From Octopus bimaculoides (taxonomy: Eukaryota), in NCBI RefSeq assembly GCF_001194135.2, contig NC_068981.1, positions 16,461,245-16,525,217 on the forward strand: a stretch of 63,973 nt of DNA. The letters run 5' to 3'. The notes beneath the pieces are model-generated. The model was not told the origin of the DNA and did not search any database. It saw nothing but the letters and a program-made list of their open reading frames with translations. Made by a program: the position numbers and the translations under genes. How positions within the stretch are numbered: the stretch's first letter is position 1; every line of letters starts with the position of its first letter. Below, one piece after another: positions 25,975 through 37,855 of this stretch.

Positions 25975-26563
25975 GTGCGTGTGTTTATGAAGCGAGTAAG
26001 AGTACATGTGTGTATGTATAGAGAATAAGAGACGAATACGCTTTATGATGATCTAATGATTCATTTTAATATAAATGTCATATCCATCAGGACTATAGAA
26101 CGAGAATATTAATATGATAAATTGTGAGGAATAATCCCTGACGCAGAATATGTACATGTGCGAACTGAATATTAAATCATTATGTATAGCATAATTACTG
26201 GTCTGTAGAGATCATTGATACACTGTTTAATTAAGAAAGCAACAAAATGGCTTCCGTATCTAATTGAACATTTCATTATAATTGATATAAAGAAACAATC
26301 ACTCGTGCAAAAACGTTGATTGTCTACCGGTATTGGACACTCGTGCATCTATCATACCTTTTTAATTAATCCCCAGTTTCAAATTGATCACCTTAATTAA
26401 AAGAATTCATTAACGATACTGATTCCCAATGTTCTCTCATTGTCTATGGCTCTTCTTTTCAATTTCTCTTCCTTTCATTACAAGTCTCTACAACTAACTT
26501 CTCTTTCTTGCGCCCCTCCCTTCACATATATATATTTGAATATATATATATATATATATATAT

Positions 26564-26606
<43 letters not shown>

Positions 26607-26879
26607 CACACACATCTATAAAATTTACATATATGTACGTTTATATATATATATACATATATATTGACTTAGCTGATTGAATTAATATACACGTAGGTAT
26701 GTTGTTATACGTATATCTATCTATATCATTATATATATATGTGTGTGTTTGTGTGTGTATGCGTGCATGTATGTATATTATGGATATACATGTATGTATA
26801 TATAATATATATATATACGCACACACGCACACACACATATATGAATGCATATATATGTGTGCGTGTTCGTGTTTGCGTG

Positions 26880-27010
26880 AGTATGTACGTATGTACGTAT
26901 GTATGTATGTATGTATGTATGTATGTATGTAGGTAGGTAGGTAGGTTGGTAGGTAGGTAGGTAGGTAGGTAGGTAGGTAGGTAGGTAGGTAGGTAGGTAG
27001 GTAGGTAGAT
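26880..27010. repeat. (TATG)n(TAGG)n microsatellite
   Basis: Direct reading. Confidence 0.95.
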
Positions 27011-27976
27011 TGATAAGTGTATATGCTTGTAAAGAAAGGAACATCTTCAATGTTTAAAATAGAACTGGTATGTCTAATTAGAAGCTGAGGATTCTAGACT
27101 CGTCAGTTGAAGTTTCACATTACCAATTATAAAAACGACTTCAAATCTCAGATTAACTATTTATGTAACTTCAGTTCTAATGCTGTGTACGTGTTTGTCT
27201 TCGTTTGCCTAATATACATGTCATATGTAATGGGTTTGTATAGCCGTTCCACTTTTAGTTTGCACTGTTATACGTAGAAATGAGGAAATAAATGCGTGAA
27301 TGTAATGCACTGAATGTTATAAACAGGAAGAAATGGTTGCTTGGTTCACAATTCTGTTTCACAGTTCTGAGATACTGGATTTGATTCTACAGCATAATAT
27401 CATGTCACGTTCTTTTTTTTTTTTTGTATTTTTTCTCTCAAAAAACTTTAGTCCTGTCATCTAGATCAGTACTTTAAAAAAAACAATAAGACAGCTTTAT
27501 CGCTTAGCGTTACACTGATTCCATCTCAGAATTGCTAATGGTACATATGCTTGTGTGGAATACTCACCCAGTTAAGCGGTAGAAAGTAGGTAAGTAATTC
27601 CATCGATCGAATAATTGAAACACTTATCGTGGAAACCGACGAAGTTTCATATATATTTATACTTCAATGCATGCAACGCCATCAATGCATAAAATTGGTC
27701 AACTAATTCATCATTTGTTATCCGAGATATTTATCATCCTATGATAAGTCTTATTGATTATACACATACACTTTCTCATTCTCTCTCATACATATAAGCA
27801 CACAAACGAACACAAAATTGCCCAGGATATTAATGCATGAACTGAAATCCATATCCGTACTCTCCAAGTGTTCAACAACAGATTTTGTATAGCTTAACAT
27901 CTAGACTTCATCATTGTTTGTCTCTTCTTCGTATACGTCCAGAACCGTTTTCCTAGACGTGTTCTAGAACGATTTT

Positions 27977-27977
<1 letters not shown>

Positions 27978-28038
<61 letters not shown>

Positions 28039-28056
28039 ACTGCTGCTGTTGCTGCT
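27978..28056. repeat. (TAC)n(TGC)n microsatellite
   Basis: Direct reading. Confidence 0.95.
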
Positions 28057-29653
28057 ATTATCCTGAGCAGCATCACCATTACTAGTGGTAGTGTGGCACA
28101 TTTTGTTCCTGTCCTGGGTTACACAATAGTTAAACACCACAAAACTCTAGTCAATTTCATGTTAAATTTCCATTAATAATTCAAAGAATGTCTTACGTTT
28201 AAGTTCCCATTAGCCATGCTGTTTACTAAAAAGTCGGGAATATATGAGTTAAGTGAGACTAATAAAAGTCAGAGTTTGGTTGTGTGAGCGAGAAGTGTTT
28301 GTATCTAATCTCCGTTGCTTTAGCCTTTACAATGGAAGATTTATTGAATTGTGAAAAACAAAGCAGACGCGTTTGATTCTATTCTTTCAGACATTATATG
28401 ATTGCACAATTTAATATCGAATTGTATAGCTTAGCATTGAACTATACCAAAGTGTAATGACCCAAGTCTTTTCTATAAGTAGCTTCAATGAGATTAGAAC
28501 TGACAAAAACTGCTCAAATAAGACAATAATACCAAATGTTGGTTCTTATGATATGGCAAAAAATTGTTGTTTGTTTATCAGATTTTGTTGATTGTTTCAC
28601 TTATTCAATGTTTTAAAACACTGTCACAGTATCCAAGGGACTAGGAACGGCCACCCGGAGGGACCCCACGATGATTGGAATTTAAACGATTTGTGCCAAG
28701 GTGGAAAATGAGGGCGTAGTCACGAAAGAAGTGGAAACGCATTTTGACCAGTGGTGTATAGCGACATCTGATCGTTTAGTTGGTGCTGAATCTACTCACA
28801 TATCAGTGATGTTGAACCTTATTTTCAAACGAGATAATTTGTTATTTCACTGTTCATTTGACCTCGAAAACACAGGTTACCTTAATCTTACAACCAATAT
28901 GCTGCTGACAACACAAAATTATGTGAGCTCTCAATGATCACTACATGATAATGCAAACAGCAGTCTGTTTCGGCAACGGAAAGAGAAAGAAAAGATAAAT
29001 TTCTTTGATGAAGTAAGTCTTTTCTCAATATTCCTCTCCTACAATTACAAACACATGTTCTTATTTAAACTATTCTTGTCTGAAACATATTTTTATCTCC
29101 TTTACTAACACTTATATCGATTGTTATCTCATTAAAGTCTGCATTATTCTCCCACAAAACCACTTAACTCTGTGTATTTTCCTTTCATAGTTATTTACTG
29201 ACTACACATTTAATCAGTACTTCACTTGATTCCCGTATCGAGTTTCCATAAATACATCAGATTTTAAACCGCACCAGCAATAAAATCATTACGTATCCTT
29301 ATAGCATCAACTTTGTGGAATCTATAAATGATTTGGCTGTTTAACTCCGAAGATTAAGATCTAGGAGAGATCTTCATCGAAGTCTTTCAAAGCAAGAATT
29401 AGTCAACTTCCTGTTTTCCTTTACATTTATTGATTTCGATTACGTAAGAGATGTTCTCTATATGTAGATTGGTTAGATGTGTTCCCGTGACGATATGATA
29501 CAAGGCCAAACTACCACTGTTCTTATACAAAATAGAACAAGATTCAAACATTCTAATAACCTCATATTTTAAATTTCAGCCGTAACATGTTATTGTTTCA
29601 AAGTTCTTATAAAGACAAATTTCACAACTTAATTCATCATTAGAACCACCACC

Positions 29654-29715
<62 letters not shown>

Positions 29716-29717
<2 letters not shown>

Positions 29718-29987
29718 GCAATACTAAGCAGTGGCTCTCATGGCTTCTGATCTTAAATGATTGCATGTGTTATCAATTACATGATTTGCCTTCTTGTAAA
29801 AGATGGGCTACAGCAAATATTCTGCTCAATACCACGGATTTGAATGTCGGTTGTTTGACCTTAATCAGTTGAGCATGTCCTTTATTGGCTGAAGATATGT
29901 GCATCTCTGATCACGAACAGAAGTAGTGGGGGAGTTATTTAGTCGAGAGGAATCATCACTTTGAGGGCATGCGCTGATCTCTCATTC
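29716..29987. mobile_element. Interspersed repeat embedded in (AAT)n arrays, probably a non-LTR retroelement 3' end or non-autonomous derivative
   Basis: About 270 bp of complex sequence with (AAT)n on both sides (29656-29714, 29988-30036). I recall this sequence as an abundant octopus repeat, but the class is inferred. Confidence 0.5.
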
Positions 29988-30019
<32 letters not shown>

Positions 30020-30168
30020 TAATAATAATAATAATAGCAAAAAATAGAAGAGTGCCAAAAAATAAACTTGTCAATCTACTTTATTTTGGTTAATAACAAT
30101 GGCACTCTTCTAGTTTTGCTTCTATATATTCTGGAGGAGTTACCTCAATCCTATAAATATTAATAATA

Positions 30169-30229
<61 letters not shown>

Positions 30230-30231
30230 GT

Positions 30232-30355
30232 GATTCAAATTTGGGCATAAGCCAGCAATTTTAGAGGGGAGGGGCAAATTATTAACATCAACCCAAGTGC
30301 TCAACTATTACGAAGAGATAAAAAGCATGGTTGATTTCACCGACATTCTTTGCCT
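30232..30355 (-). mobile_element. Diverged SINE family 2-like 3' portion
   Basis: Reverse complement ..gttgagcacttgggttgat..cccctcccctctaaaattgctggcttatgcccaaatttgaatc resembles the 33630-33700 core/tail. Confidence 0.45.
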
Positions 30356-30857
30356 TTCAACTTTCCCAGATCGATAAAATAATATACCATTTAACATCTG
30401 GAGTTGGTATTATTGACTTATTCTGGTCCTCAGATTGCTAGCTTAACGTCTATATAAAGAAAAATTAGAAATTATAATTAGTTTGACGGGATCATCATTA
30501 TCGTATTGTTATGGCTTATTCAGGAGAAGGAGGGCAAAGATCATATCGTATTCTGGGGCCCCAGAGACTGTTGGAAAGAAGAGAATATATTCTTAGACTA
30601 GAAATCTAGCTCAAAGACATGCATTCAGTCCTGCTGTTCGGTAGGTTCCAACTTGAAACCATGCTGTGAATGTCTTATATTTAAAGATATTTCTTAGCGG
30701 TTCGGTGATATCTGACTTTGCTGCAAACCTGCGAGCCAGAAATGTATACGATGTTTAATTAGACGTCGTGCATACAGGAAATAAGAGTTACATGATTAAT
30801 GAATCAATTCAACTGCTTCTATTACTGTTCTATATTTAAGAGATGAAGAATTATGTG

Positions 30858-31178
30858 CGTTATTCACATTATTTACACTACTTACATTCGACGGATATTT
30901 GTCCTCATATGGCGTACTGGGTAAGAGCGCGGGCTACTAACCCCAAGATTCCGAGTTCGATTCCAAGCAGTTACCTGAACAATAATATTAATAATAATAA
31001 TAATTATTATAATAATAACATCGAAAAAGTACCTTAGGAATGAGAACCCAGGTTCGAACTTTCCCCAAGGCACCTGAAGAAGGCTGGAAGGTATATGAGC
31101 CGAAACGTTGTGTTAACAATAAACAAAATGAAGGCAAATATCCGTCAAATGTAAATAGTGTAAATAACGTAAATAACG
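30858..31178 (+). mobile_element. tRNA-head/(AAT)n/hammerhead composite retroelement with inverted copy of its own 3' end at the 5' side
   Basis: Head 30906-30978 (A-box TGGCGTACTGG, B-box GAGTTCGATTCC), (AAT)n 30981-31018, hammerhead 31069-31114; 30860-30908 is the reverse complement of 31128-31176. Confidence 0.85.
31069..31114 (+). ncRNA. Minimal type I hammerhead ribozyme (copy A)
   Basis: GGCAC-CTGAAGA-A-GGCT..AGCC-GAAA-CG-T-T|-GTGTT; core intact, stem I GGCAC/GUGUU, palindromic ACGU stem III. Confidence 0.7.
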
Positions 31179-31898
31179 TTGTTGTTAGTCTTTATTCTTT
31201 GTCATCTTTCAGTCACTGTGCTACAGCCGTGCTGGGCTAAAATCATCCATGTTAAAATGATCTTATTTACCGCTTGTATCAATATAAATGTGGAAATGAA
31301 GACATGATATTATATTTTGAAGCAACAAATGAACAGAATCAGCAAGATACTTCACCAGCCAGATAGATGAATACCAGTATACACTCTTATTAAAGTACAC
31401 TCAGCTATGGCTTATAGCAGAAGCTTTACTATCGTGCTGTGATATATGAAGAAATTGCTGACAAAAAATTATCGTCAGTACAGTATAAGATTGCTGTAAG
31501 CAAATTACAATAATAGTACTAAATGAAACAACGGAGAAAGAAGACGTCGTACAATCAAATCTTTTGTCATTAGTAAATATTTATTTTGACATTTTTTTCA
31601 CTTTATTTATTTATCTATTTATTTATTCATTTCTTCAGTGAGTGAGGATTCTGTCTTCGGTGTTCTTTGAGGATAATTGAAGATAGAGGGTACCATTTGA
31701 TGCAAACGTATCGTTTGAGAAGGTAGTAATTGAGATAGGACAAGATTTAAAGCATTAATCAATCTTATTAGGAAAGAAAACAAAAATAGCACAGGAAACA
31801 ATCGCAGAAAACGAGTCAATTGCCGTACATTAATAAACCGATATCAATATTGAATGCAAAAATTATATGTGTATATGTGTGTGTGAATACGCACGCGC

Positions 31899-31938
<40 letters not shown>

Positions 31939-32205
31939 CGAGAGAAAGAGGGGAAAGGAGAAAGAGAGTGGTGGGGAGAAAGGAAGAGATTAGGAGGATT
32001 CCGATTTGATGATTGTAGTAATCCACAAATAAAAAAAGTATCTTAAGAAGAGAATATTGTATAATTAGATTCATATTCTTACAACATAGCCACAATGCTC
32101 AGGGGAGACATGTTTCCTCTAAGGCTCCACAAAGAAAAAATATCAAGACACTGCAACTAGAAATTATTTATCTATCTATCAATCTATCTACCTATCTGTC
32201 TCTCT

Positions 32206-32245
<40 letters not shown>

Positions 32246-32249
32246 TTAT

Positions 32250-32281
<32 letters not shown>

Positions 32282-33066
32282 GTTTCTACCTATCTATCTG
32301 TCTATCGTTTTCTCTCTTTCTCCTTAAATACTTATATGTGACAACACAGAAGAGGAGGAGAAAAAAAGCGGGATAGCAGAAAAGGAGAGAAGTTGGAAAG
32401 AAAGAAAGAGGTTGGTACATGGAATTAAAGAGAAATAATGAGGCAGGGAGGTATATATAAAAAAGAGGACGACGGTCGAAAAGAGAAATTGAAAAAAGGA
32501 TAATAAAATGATGGTGAAGGCAAAATGGAGAGAAAGAGAGGAATAATTAATTAAAGTGAGGAAGGGATGTACATGGAACAAAAGAGCAATATAACGAATG
32601 ATGAAAATCTAGCTAGTAATACAGTTAAGGAGCAGATAAAAGAGGGGTCGGCACAGCACTGCCACTAGGAAAGAATTGTGAGCTAAAGAACAAAGGTTGG
32701 ATTTTGATTATAATGCTAGAAACGATGACATTAGTAACAAATGTATTGCTATGGAGTTGGGGATTCTAAGAACCACCTGTTTATTGACATTATAAAGAAA
32801 TTGTGGAACCCTAAATGAAGGAAGAGCCTCAGCTATCTTCGTCCCCCTCTCCTCCTCCTCCTCCTCTCGCTCTTTCTTTATCTCTCTCTCCCTCTCTCAC
32901 TCTCTCCTCTTCCCACTATAGGTCTTGTGATACGCGTAATCTTTGAAAAGACTTTTAAAGGTTTTCATAATTTCCTCAGAATGGACCTTCTGAGTACAAA
33001 ATAGAAACTGAATAATCTTTGTATGTTATTTTACCAGAAAACTGAATATCTTTTTGAAAATTTATT

Positions 33067-33148
33067 GAACTCTTCCTATCATAATTATTTTAGGGAACTC
33101 TTCCCAACATAATTATTTAGTGAACTCTTCCTAACATAATTATTTAGT
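33067..33148. repeat. 27-28 bp minisatellite, 3 units
   Basis: gaactcttcc(t/c)a(t/a)cataattatttag starting at 33067, 33095 and 33122. Confidence 0.9.
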
Positions 33149-33500
33149 CAAATAAGAAAGATAAGACAAGAAAGAGAAGGAGATTTCGAGTAAATTACCA
33201 TAAACTTACCCCTTCCTATCTTGAATGAAATATTTATACCTGCTGGGCAGCTAACATTATCAACAGCATACCCAAATAGCCGATATGGGTGTGGACTATG
33301 TTATATGGAGATTTATGAAATATTCAAATATAGAGATAAAGACAACCTAATTAAGAATAAATTAGATCTTAGGGTGCCGTGTGTTCATAGTATTACCCGT
33401 ATCTTTAAATACTTTAGAAACAGTAAATAATAAATACCACCTACTGTCTCTTCGAGGACATAAATTACTTATTGTGCCCTATCATTTTATCTTTACCACT

Positions 33501-33709
33501 AAGGTAGCGAGCTGGCAGAAACGTTAGCACGCCGGTCGAAATGCCTAACGGTATTTCGTTTCTTTCTGAGTTCAAACTCCGCTGAGGTCGACTTTTCCTT
33601 TTATCATTTCGAAGTCGTTAAATTAAGTACCAGTTGCGTACTGGGTCGATGTAATCGATTGGACCCCTCCCCCAAAATTTCGGGTCTTCTGCCCAGAGTA
33701 GAAAAGAAT
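33501..33709 (+). mobile_element. tRNA-derived SINE family 2
   Basis: Head GCGAGCTGGCAGAAACGTTAGCACGCCGG, B-box GAGTTCAAACTCC, core GTCGACTTT..GTACCAGTT..GGTCGAT. Confidence 0.9.
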
Positions 33710-33779
33710 CTTTTCTTTGGTACTAGTACTATCTTTACTACTAGTGGTTTTTATATTTTGCATCTCACCTACGTACAAA

Positions 33780-34830
33780 ATATATCATTCTATGACTATT
33801 ATTACTTTTTTATCTTTATGTATTTTTATTGTTTACTTTACAAATATTTGTAAAAACATTTATTCACTTTTAGCTTTATTTATATTAAAATCTGGTATAT
33901 TTATTTTTATCTCCATCTCTTTATTTAAAATAAAGGTCTTGCAATTTTTTTCTGTACATATATACCTTTATAATTTTTTTATATATTTTTATACTATTTT
34001 TTAATATTATTTTATATCTCTTTATTTATAATGAAGATTTTATTATAATTTTTCTATATAATTTTATATTTCTTCATATTAATTTTATAATTTTTATATT
34101 TTTCTATATTATTCTCATATTGCTATATTCTTTTATTTTTCATTTTTATAGTTTTTATACCTTTATATATTTTATATTCTTTACAATTTTTTATATATTC
34201 TTTTATGATTTTTTTATATATCCTTTATAAATTTCTTTAAAGATTATATATATATTTACAGTTTATACTTTATATAACTTGTACATTTTATGTTTATATC
34301 CTTATATTTTAAATACATTATATTCCTTCTTAAATTATGAGCCTAAATTCTAAATGTTTATATCGAATACAATGCTTTATATAATTCTAAATATTTTTTT
34401 TCTTCCCATTCTTCTAAATATTTTAAATATAATTAATTTGTCACCTATATATCTAATTTCTAAATTTATTTTAATATTATAACATTATAACTATGCTAAA
34501 GTGTAATAGTCCCTGCCAACTTTTTTTTCCTATAGTGATTTGATTACCACCCGTATTTCATTTTATTTTAGTATTTCATTTAGTATTTTATTCCATTATT
34601 TCTCAAGGTCTTTCATACGGTAATGAATATAAGTAAAATTCAGCTTTCTCTATCTTGCTTGTCACTATCAAATCCTTCCCATCGCTCACTCTGTTACTAC
34701 TACTTTTTATAACTGAAAAAAGTAGTACTATTTTTTATAACTGACATTTTTATGTATATTTAACTATATTGGTTAAGCTTGTTGGCCACTTTATTATTAT
34801 TATTTTTTATAATAATGACATCTTATATNN
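33780..34830. repeat. Extremely AT-rich low-complexity tract
   Basis: About 1 kb of mostly T/A with a strong T skew on +; no recognisable unit. Confidence 0.8.
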
Positions 34831-35399
34831 NNNNNNNNNNNNNNNNNNNNNNNNNNNNNNNNNNNNNNNNNNNNNNNNNNNATATATATATATATAATAG
34901 ATAATAAAGGGAACCTGGTAGGTTACTGGTAAAGTATGGTAACTTTCACAGTGATCGTTATGTATATGTTCGTTTCGCTTTTTGCCATCTGCGACTATAT
35001 TTTTTGATTTTCTTTATAAATGAAGATATTTCCTCCGTCTGGCTTGCTTTTCTTTCTACAAAACGGGAAGTTACTTTGCGGAGCAGTTATTTTAAGGAGT
35101 TATATATATTTATCACCCGACGAGATACATCTGGACCGCTGGATGTACTTGAACCAGTTTTTGAGTGTCCCACCCATGAGGAATCGATGCTAGATATGTC
35201 AAAACAATTTTCGTGATTAATAAAAAATTGTCGTATCTTCCATCCTCCGTGTTTAATTTTCATATATATATATACATATATATTTGTGTGTGTATATATG
35301 TATATATAATATTAGGGATAAAAATCCAAATTTACAGGTAAAAACTCAATTAAATTCAATTTATCAAAAATTAAAATTAAATTAAGTTTCACAGTATAT

Positions 35400-35415
35400 A
35401 TTATTATTATTATTA

Positions 35416-35492
<77 letters not shown>

Positions 35493-35495
35493 TTA
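35400..35495. repeat. (ATT)n microsatellite
   Basis: Direct reading. Confidence 0.95.
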
Positions 35496-35782
35496 TGATT
35501 TTTANNNNNNNNNNNNNNNNNNNNNNNNNNNNNNNNNNNNNNNNNNNNNNNNNNNNNNNNNNNNNNNNNNNNNNNNNNNNNNNNNNNNNNNNNNNNNNNN
35601 NNNNNNNNNNNNNNNNNNNNNNNNNNNNNNNNNNNNNNNNNNNNNNNNNNNNNNNNNNNNNNNNNNNNNNNNNNNNNNNNNNNNNNNNNNNNNNNNNNNN
35701 NNNNNNNNNNNNNNNNNNNNNNNNNNNNNNNNNNNNNNNNNNNNNNNNNNNNNNNNNNNNNNNNNNNNNNNNNNNNNNNNNN

Positions 35783-35853
<71 letters not shown>

Positions 35854-36794
35854 ATGTATATTTGTGCGTGTGTGTATTAATGTATCAGTCGTGATGTAAT
35901 TGTATTTAGTGGATGTCCTGGTGGGGATGTTTTACTAATAATCTTCATGTTGGAATCTATTAATACATTCACCACCAATTTGTTTAACAATATTTCTACA
36001 ACGGTAGTTATTCCTCCTAACGTGTGGTAAAGTGTATACTAGAATTCTTAATGAAATAAGCCAACACATATTTAATTAATTAAAGTTACGCAGTGATGAG
36101 AAAATTAATTTGCGAAATGACTAATTATGAATGATATTTTATATTGTTTTAACAACGTCATGCCATATAGCAAGATGATATCTTAATTATATTCCAATGC
36201 AGCTGCTTTTAACATCTGTCGTCCATATATATTTGACATGTTTATATGGAGAAATGTAACGATATAGTGATGTGTAAATATGCTACATTCTGATATACAT
36301 AGCACCAATAGAAATATATATATATACTATCATATATATTTAAAATACCTAAAATTACCACTGTTGTCATAGTAGCAAGCCAAAGGCAACGTTTTGTCAC
36401 AATTTAACTCTAGGAACTTGTCTCATTTCTCTTTTGGATTGTGATGGAACTATTTCAATATTTAATAATATCAATCTATTCACACGGAATTATAATTTTA
36501 TTTGATCAATTATTGATGAAGGCGTCACTTAATTACTTATTTATTTAATATTTTATAATTAATGAAATTTTCACTTTGCTAAGATAGATGTTTCCATCAG
36601 AATCATTTGAAAGAATATTTATGCAATACTTGTCCCAATTCTAATTAAGTTCAGATTGAATAAGTATTGCATCTTGTCAGAAGGTTTGCGGAGTTATTCC
36701 GTCCATCTCTGGTGCTGTTGGTCAACGCATAACAGGCTTTTCTGTCCATTGCTTTTATGTTGAATACTAGGCCATATCGGATGTTATATTTTAG

Positions 36795-36867
36795 AGAATT
36801 TCCCCATTGTAATTGACAAAAAAGACCACAAACCTACATCAGATTTATCGGCAGAAACACCCAACAG
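36795..36867 (+). CDS. Candidate short exon (xNFPIVIDKKDHKPTSDLSAETPN+AG)
   Basis: Acceptor gttatattttag; donor CAG|gtaaat; phase-1 frame open throughout. Confidence 0.33.
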
Positions 36868-36949
36868 GTAAATGAGGATCTGTGAAAGCTAAAAGGAGAC
36901 GTAAATTCCTGGCGTGCAGTGGTGAAATGTATCTCAGTTTCGGTAGGTT

Positions 36950-37008
36950 GCAGCAGCAGCAGCAGCAGCAGCAACAGTAGCAATAGCAGCAGCAGCAGCA
37001 GTAGTAGC

Positions 37009-37035
<27 letters not shown>
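36950..37035. repeat. (CAG)n/(TAG)n microsatellite
   Basis: Direct reading. Confidence 0.95.
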
Positions 37036-37056
<21 letters not shown>

Positions 37057-37749
37057 TCCTACTATTCTTAGATTATTATCACCATTTCGTCGTCATCTCT
37101 ATTTGTTGTTCATGCCTGTGACAAAGGTGGAATAATTTGAATCATCGTGAAAATATTTTTATTGAAAGTCATCATGAATGGCAGTCAAGGAATGCCGCTT
37201 GTGCATGATTCTCAATCACGATTGAACTTACTTTCCTTTCCTTTCCTTTCCTTTCATCTCCTCCCCTTTATTGCTTTCTCTACCTCTCTCTCTCTCTCTT
37301 TCTCTTTATTTTCTGTCTTCTTTCCACCCTCTTCTCTCCCTTTCAAATATGACAGAAATCTATGTGTTGAGTTGACACCTCCTAGATTGTTAGTCTTTAA
37401 TTCATTTCATCTCCAACCAAAGTACATCCCTTTAATCTTATCCACTGCAGCAATAGTTGAAGGAATTCTCAAAATAAACACGATATTAAGATATTTTTAT
37501 GGCATAATCGTTGCCAAATATAATATTCTTCTGACCTCTGAGCTTCGTGGAAGCGAAGAAATTAAGTTCAGATCACAGACGTGGTCTGAAAACATGCAAC
37601 AGAATGAACTCCACTAAAATCAGCAAAAGCTTCATTAGTGATGTTAAAGAGGGCAACACGTTTAGTATACTGTCTAAAAGCAGGTACGGCTCATTCAGTG
37701 TGCTACCGTAAAGTTTCTGTATATTTACTTTAACTCATAAGATTTAATC

Positions 37750-37855
37750 TCCTCAAGGCTATGGGAGAGGACAGTTAACGAACTCTTTCCGAAGTTGTTA
37801 CGCGATGAGATAAAACCCAGAAGCAAGTGCTTGGGAAACAATCGTTTTAAATACT
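37750..37855 (-). mobile_element. Very old SINE family 1-like head
   Basis: aaggctatgggagaggaca..aacccagaagcaagtgcttgggaaacaa loosely matches 3170-3250. Confidence 0.35.

Noticed and set aside
28625-29012. GC-rich patch at 28630-28700 and possible exon 28961-29012 (SLFRQRKEKEKINFFDE)
   Set aside because: Weak acceptors; no strand or frame could be preferred.
30906-30978. Functional tRNA gene (also 39695-39766 and 57436-57560)
   Set aside because: The acceptor and T stems do not pair properly, the anticodon stem has mismatches, and the copies are tied to (AAT)n tails: these are SINE heads.
33067-33148. CRISPR-like array
   Set aside because: No unique spacers, eukaryotic context; no CRISPR anywhere in the window.
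33780-34830. Mitochondrial insertion (NUMT)
   Set aside because: No tRNA, rRNA or ORF motif is readable; only base composition suggests it.
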